DNA of 64,000 nt from Dictyostelium discoideum (Eukaryota). The stretch spans positions 1,824,001-1,888,000 of the forward strand of contig CM000150.2 in assembly GCA_000004695.1 (NCBI GenBank), in the 5' to 3' direction. Of the stretch, positions 60,001-64,000 are shown in pieces. The position numbers were made by a program, and so were the translations under genes. Position 1 is the stretch's first letter, and every line of letters starts with the position of its first letter. The notes below the pieces were generated by a model that worked only from the letters and a program-made list of their open reading frames with translations, was not told the origin of the DNA and did no database searches.

Positions 60001-63000
60001 ACCTTTATAAAATGTAAAATATCTTTTGAAGTTTTCGAATTCAACGAAACTGAATAAAACTTTTCAATTAATGGTTTCGTTGAATCCGATAATACAAATT
60101 CGCAAATAATTATTTGTTTTTTACCCTTTAAAACTGAATTTGATGTTACTAACCCCAATGCAAACATTGGTTTACTAGTATGATCAAATGTTTTAAAAAG
60201 TAAAATATCATTAAGGTATATTTCCTCTAATTCATCCTTAACCTTAATATTAAATTTAATTGCAACCAAATCCTCTGACAACTCTCGGAATGAATGAATT
60301 GTTGGTGTATCATTCATCTTAACTCTATCTAAACCTATTAATGTACCATCTTGCTCTGAAATTGAAACACCTTCAATTTCATTAAAATCACCTTCGAGTT
60401 GTGCTCTATATTCTTCTACTATTAAAGGTTTCATTAAATTTACAAATTCTGATTGGTCAGAATAACTATCTTGTAATGAATGAATATTATCAGCTTGAAT
60501 TAATGGAATTCTTTCTGGACTACTCTTTAAAAATATTGATAATATCTCTTCAGAATCTTTTGAAATTACTTCAACATGATCACGAACTAAAACAACTTTT
60601 CCATTATTATTATTATTATTATTACTATTATTGTTATTTCTTGATCTTATTGTAGTTGTTCCTGTTGAGGAGTTGACAAACAACTTTTCACTTTTAATTA
60701 ATTGATAAATTTCATTAAATTGTAACTTTGAAATTAAACCTAACTTTTCAGAATTTAATAATTTAAAAGATGGAATCTTTAAAGTTGAACCATTGATTTT
60801 TGTTGTTGATTCAAAGTTACTGACGAGATTATCAAAGAATTTACCTTTAACTATATCTGAAAATTCTAATTTCATTTTATTATTTTTTGCTAATTCTGAA
60901 TTCAATTGATTGAGGTATTGTCTACAAGTCTTTGTTTTTTCTCTTAATTCTGAATACTGTGAGAAATGATTAAACTCTAATAATACCATTAATGATAATG
61001 ACTTGTTATATATTTTTTCAATATTTTGATTGCTTGTATTATTTTTTTGAATCTTTGAAAAATCTGTTTTTAATCTATGTTTAATACCATTAATATTTGT
61101 ATTAAATTGAATTTTACTCTCATTGATTATATTCCTAACTTGTTTAATTGATTCTTTGTTATAAGGATGTGATTGTGATAATCTATCCAATGTTTTAATA
61201 ATTGAATCTGCACTATTAGAATCTTCAAATATTAATTTCAATAAACTATGTTTCAATGAATGGTCATTCTCAAATGTTGTAGTAGTATTATTATTAGAAC
61301 TAGGTGATGGTACTATTGATATTTGTGATGTTGTTGTTGGTGATGGTGCTGTTGTTGTAGCTTTATCTTTTATAATACTAATGGTAGCTGAAGCTGTGGG
61401 TGTTGTTGAACTTGTTGTATTAGATATTTTTTGTGAATTTGAAAGTGATAAATCTTTATAATCCAACACTAAAGATTTTATATAAATAATAAAAGATTTT
61501 ATTAAAGTTCCAATTGTATTATCACTTTGATTTTTATGACCAAGTGGTAATTTAAATAACTCTACATTCATCGTATATTCAGTTTTTTTAGATTTAGATT
61601 TAATATTTAATTCTACTTGTTCTGGAATATAGTTTAAAATATCTATTGATTTTTGATCAATAAATGCTTCAACTTTAATACAAAATCTTTGGTGGTGAAT
61701 ATTCAATAAATTGAATGCCTCTAATTTAAAATTCAAAATATCTTGTGAGTTTTCAACTGTGAAATTTTTATCAAAATATTCTTTAATATAATTTCTTTGA
61801 GAAAGATTACTAAATTCAATTAATGAAATGATTGTAAAAATTGTTTCATTAATTTCATTAAACTTTGATGGATTTACACTTGATATTAATAATTCCTGTA
61901 CAGCTTTTGATGTATTGTTTTTATGAAATTCAATCTTTCTTTTGAATAATGAAATTATATCCTTAGTCGCTGATTTAATTAAACCAATTTGTAAATTAAA
62001 TGCTGGATATTGATTCTTTAAACTATCAATTTCCTCTGGTTTATTAAAAAATGTATTAAATAATGAAAATATTTGTTTTTCAATATTTGATGGTTTCTTC
62101 AAAATTACTGTTGGTATATTTGATAATAACTCTTTTGGTGTTGTTGGTGTTGGTGTTGGTATTGGTGTTGGTGTTGGTGTTGATGTTGGTGTTGGAGTTG
62201 GAGTTGATGTTGGTGTTGGTGTTGATGTTGGTGTTGGTGTTGATGTTGACGTTGGAGTTGTGATTGTTGGTGGTGGTACTGGTACTGGTACTGGTTTTAT
62301 TTCTGTTGGTGATGCTGTTGTTGTAGTTGTTGAGTCTGATAAAAGTTGATAATCTAAAATTAAAGATTTTATATAAATCAAATGTGATCCGATTAATTGT
62401 CCAATGGTATTACTATCGTTATTTTTGTGACCAATTTGTAATTTAAATAAATCAATGTTAAATAAAACTTTTTCAGATTTTAATTCTAATTTCGATGGTA
62501 CTGGAACGAAATCTAAAACATTAGATGATATAGTTTGACTAATGAGTTTTTCTAAATCAATTTTTAAACTTTGATGTTGAATTTCTAATAAATTGAAAAG
62601 CGATGGATGTATTCTCTTTGGATTGGGTAAATGTTTTTTAAGAGTAATTCTTTGGTAAAGATTACTAAACTCTATTAATAAAACGATAGTAACTAGTGTA
62701 GTTTTAATTTCTTCAAATTTTATAAAGTTAATCTTTGAATCCAATGATTTTTTAAGTTGATTTAATGTTGTAATTTTCACTGAATCTATGATACTTTGAA
62801 ATGATGTTTGGTTTTCTTTTATAATTGTTTCAACTGATAATAATTCAAATTCAAAGATTGAGTGTTTTTTAATCAAATCTTGAATACCTTCTAATTTGTA
62901 GAAAATTTTATAAAAAATTGAAAAAACTATGATTTCAGTAGTTGTTGGTTCCATTGTGAATATTGTTGATGATGATGATGATTCCACTGTTGGTGATTTT

Positions 63001-64000
63001 GTTGATGATGTTGATGGTTTTGGTAATGCTGTTGGTGATGGTGTTGGTGATGGTTTTGGTAATGCTGTTGATGGTGTTGTTGGTAATGCTGTTGTTGGTA
63101 ATGGTGTTGATGGTTTTGGTAATGGTGTTGGTGATGGTGTTGGTAATGCTGTTGATGCTGATTTTGTTGATGTTGTTGATGGTGTTGGTTTTGTTAATGG
63201 TGTTGATGGTGATTTTGATGCTGTTGTTGTTGATGCTGTTGTCGTTGGTAATGGTGTTGATGATGACTTTGTTGATGGTGTTGGTAATGCTTTTGTTGGT
63301 AATGGTGAAGCTATACCTAAACATTTATTATATAATTTACAAAGGTTGATAAAGTTTGACTGAATTGAAATTGATATATCTTGAGAATCTGAAAATTTTA
63401 AATTTTTTATTCTATAATATTTACCCTTTAAAACAAAATTGAAATCATTTGAAATTTGATGAAAACTAGGTGGGTTATTACATTTGAAAACCTCTGGTAA
63501 TGTTATTGTTCTATTTTGAGCTGACAATTGATCATAAAGTTTTTGTTTTTCATCAGCTGTGATTGATTTATCACCTGTAAACAATTTCTTTAAAATTAAT
63601 CTTTGATATAAAAAACTAAATTCAATCATAACTTTCAATGCTATAAAATCATTGTAAATTTGAAAAATATCATTGTTATTATTATTATTATAATTATTAT
63701 TAGGATTGATATTATTATTATTTAATAAATCTTTTTTTTGAACTAAATTTCTAAATTTATCAGATATTTCTTTTGATGCTATATTTTCAGTATATTCAAT
63801 TTTATTCCCTAAAGAAGTTTGATTGCTTTTTAAAATTTCTTTAATATAATTAATATCAAAACTTGGGAATAATTTAGAAACATAATCAGTTTCATTTATG
63901 ATATCTTTTAAATTACTATGTCTGAATATAGTTTTAAAAATATCAAATTCACCACCACTATTTATAATTTGTGAATTTTTAGTAATATTCAATTGGTTCA
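57042..64000 (-). CDS. Copy 3, with the same helicase + terminal nucleotidyltransferase fusion architecture as copy 2. It is 5'-partial: the N-terminus and first exon lie beyond the window end.
   Basis: The ORF stays open to the window edge. The TTG 'start' at 63992 is an artefact. The upstream in-frame sequence ...NQLNITKNSQIINSGGEFDIFKTIFRHSNLKDIIN aligns with MNKLNITENSQIINSNENDIFKTIFKHSNLKDIIN of copy 2. The helicase motifs and the NTase motifs (INLYGSFLSGLSLNDSDLDINF, FDMCF, LVKWWAVSKDLNNAAEKTFSSFCLVNMVIHFLQ) are conserved. The 3' ~1.6 kb, including the 3' flank to ~56940, is near-identical to copy 2. Confidence 0.75.
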   Translation of the reverse strand, partial: NQLNITKNSQIINSGGEFDIFKTIFRHSNLKDIINETDYVSKLFPSFDINYIKEILKSNQTSLGNKIEYTENIASKEISDKFRNLVQKKDLLNNNNINPNNNYNNNNNNDIFQIYNDFIALKVMIEFSFLYQRLILKKLFTGDKSITADEKQKLYDQLSAQNRTITLPEVFKCNNPPSFHQISNDFNFVLKGKYYRIKNLKFSDSQDISISIQSNFINLCKLYNKCLGIASPLPTKALPTPSTKSSSTPLPTTTASTTTASKSPSTPLTKPTPSTTSTKSASTALPTPSPTPLPKPSTPLPTTALPTTPSTALPKPSPTPSPTALPKPSTSSTKSPTVESSSSSTIFTMEPTTTEIIVFSIFYKIFYKLEGIQDLIKKHSIFEFELLSVETIIKENQTSFQSIIDSVKITTLNQLKKSLDSKINFIKFEEIKTTLVTIVLLIEFSNLYQRITLKKHLPNPKRIHPSLFNLLEIQHQSLKIDLEKLISQTISSNVLDFVPVPSKLELKSEKVLFNIDLFKLQIGHKNNDSNTIGQLIGSHLIYIKSLILDYQLLSDSTTTTTASPTEIKPVPVPVPPPTITTPTSTSTPTPTSTPTPTSTPTPTPTSTPTPTPIPTPTPTTPKELLSNIPTVILKKPSNIEKQIFSLFNTFFNKPEEIDSLKNQYPAFNLQIGLIKSATKDIISLFKRKIEFHKNNTSKAVQELLISSVNPSKFNEINETIFTIISLIEFSNLSQRNYIKEYFDKNFTVENSQDILNFKLEAFNLLNIHHQRFCIKVEAFIDQKSIDILNYIPEQVELNIKSKSKKTEYTMNVELFKLPLGHKNQSDNTIGTLIKSFIIYIKSLVLDYKDLSLSNSQKISNTTSSTTPTASATISIIKDKATTTAPSPTTTSQISIVPSPSSNNNTTTTFENDHSLKHSLLKLIFEDSNSADSIIKTLDRLSQSHPYNKESIKQVRNIINESKIQFNTNINGIKHRLKTDFSKIQKNNTSNQNIEKIYNKSLSLMVLLEFNHFSQYSELREKTKTCRQYLNQLNSELAKNNKMKLEFSDIVKGKFFDNLVSNFESTTKINGSTLKIPSFKLLNSEKLGLISKLQFNEIYQLIKSEKLFVNSSTGTTTIRSRNNNNSNNNNNNNGKVVLVRDHVEVISKDSEEILSIFLKSSPERIPLIQADNIHSLQDSYSDQSEFVNLMKPLIVEEYRAQLEGDFNEIEGVSISEQDGTLIGLDRVKMNDTPTIHSFRELSEDLVAIKFNIKVKDELEEIYLNDILLFKTFDHTSKPMFALGLVTSNSVLKGKKQIIICEFVLSDSTKPLIEKFYSVSLNSKTSKDILHFIKVSNSTTFIRELEAPEIFKNSKTLLNQILQPSLEVYNLMTSMRMEIPSLLRSMCIQELNTSQFSAVETSLSTKGITLIQGPPGTGKTTTIYYLLSILLAINPKFKILVCGPSHASVDEVAKRCLKKSLVNIDGKPYLPNMVRIGKLQNISPDCHRISLFDKTPAQRKAIIRNATIIFATLSASGSKPIRSNFKANIVLVDESTQSSEPASLIPLCIGNIEKLILVGDPLQLPPTIFSSESAKNGLNISLFERLSKVLPVEMLNTQYRMHPTISRFPSNQFYKDRLLDGDNVKSLVYNQHNFHSDIKYGPIRFYDVIDSKEESGKRSLKNKLEITMVFTLIKKLVQDYPECKKFSFGIITPYKLQKSEIKEQHKQFNYPLNIETSTIDGVQGSEKDIIILSCVRSERIGFLSDRRRINVALTRAKFGLFVIGNSKLLKKDRTWGPFCQYVHSINSMVSIDSKGISVLEQQIQEYDSLNPNGLIEFHSDSEDDYDDSEDEEEDEDEDNEEIQEHDEDDESNRIKKINQEGEDNDDLEDDDDDDNEHGDEEYHSISEEYDEDEEVFDTNNLVIDKDFPNALINIIIELQKSNQEKIDQSTLSKKKKLRDNFIKHSRFLDPYLKKVLNNLEIQEISQSLSSSSSNINKSLNEIISKIECKKKSIKQDSYNRLKKLISEGFATASINLYGSFLSGLSLNDSDLDINFSSTQKEDTTHLKQVYKYLNRSQLYKLIEKRTDAKVPIIRFKEISSGVHFDMCFNSMMSYHNSLLLGEYCSIDNRSRDLVLLVKWWAVSKDLNNAAEKTFSSFCLVNMVIHFLQSLNPPILPNLQTTSNQLLEKYSTNRNLIKLKSQTIVENYLVKYYDWSSFNKFEPKRNKLTIAQLFYQFFYYYSTFNYKENIISISHSSGGGSLCENGALLKRSNIRSRAVRDHIIVLDPFINDRNLASSIKKTYQRVLMEFIMMEYSLRSTKSTINDLFKENLSLSSNGLLS

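Noticed and set aside
47540-63992. ORF-track 'M' starts at 47540, 63992 and 7687
   Set aside because: The underlying codons are TTG, TTG and GTG. The true starts are ATGs in short upstream exons (47668-47670, 56411-56413), an intron-split A|TG (7793/7686), or lie outside the window.

Overview
The window is AT-rich (about 75-80%) eukaryotic nuclear DNA. Its style matches Dictyostelium discoideum: long poly(A)/poly(T) intergenic tracts, (AAT)n/(CAA)n tracts encoding poly-Asn/Gln inside genes, and short AT-rich introns with GTAAGT/GTATGT donors and (T)nAG acceptors. It is not a prokaryotic locus; I saw no CRISPR arrays, operons or rRNA. The ORF track uses non-ATG starts (TTG/GTG), so several of its 'M' residues are artefacts. 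I rebuilt exon structures by hand from splice signals.

Genes I can support, in order:
- A C-terminal fragment of a membrane protein at the left window edge.
- An FNIP-repeat gene with an internal frameshift.
- A small 3-exon gene.
- A MEF2-type MADS-box transcription factor with a huge N/Q-rich tail and an intron that splits its ATG.
- The STAT gene dstB, recognisable by the Arg-to-Leu SH2 substitution.
- A CCCH zinc-finger protein.
- A 3'(2'),5'-bisphosphate nucleotidase (SAL1/HAL2 family).
- A 5-exon gene encoding an FHA domain plus C-terminal tandem BRCT domains (MDC1-like layout).
- A frameshifted gene with a Cys/His-rich C-terminus.
- Mitochondrial NAD(P) transhydrogenase with a presequence exon.
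- A hemerythrin-like protein flanked by EEVKP(V/S) hexapeptide arrays.
- A secreted Cys-rich 4-exon gene.
- tRNA-Thr(AGU), followed directly by a 15-bp x ~14 minisatellite.
- A 3-exon protein kinase.

The most unusual content lies in 42.3-64 kb. It is a head-to-tail array of three very large paralogous minus-strand genes. Each encodes an UPF1/MOV10-like SF1 RNA helicase. In copies 2 and 3 the same reading frame continues into a Cid1/Gld2-type terminal nucleotidyltransferase (TUTase/ncPAP) domain. I do not know this helicase-TUTase fusion from any described protein. All three share a ~200-aa N-terminal module repeated four times, and their helicase cores are nearly identical at nucleotide level. 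A rearranged pseudogene mosaic (an NTase fragment joined to an inverted helicase fragment) sits between copies 1 and 2.
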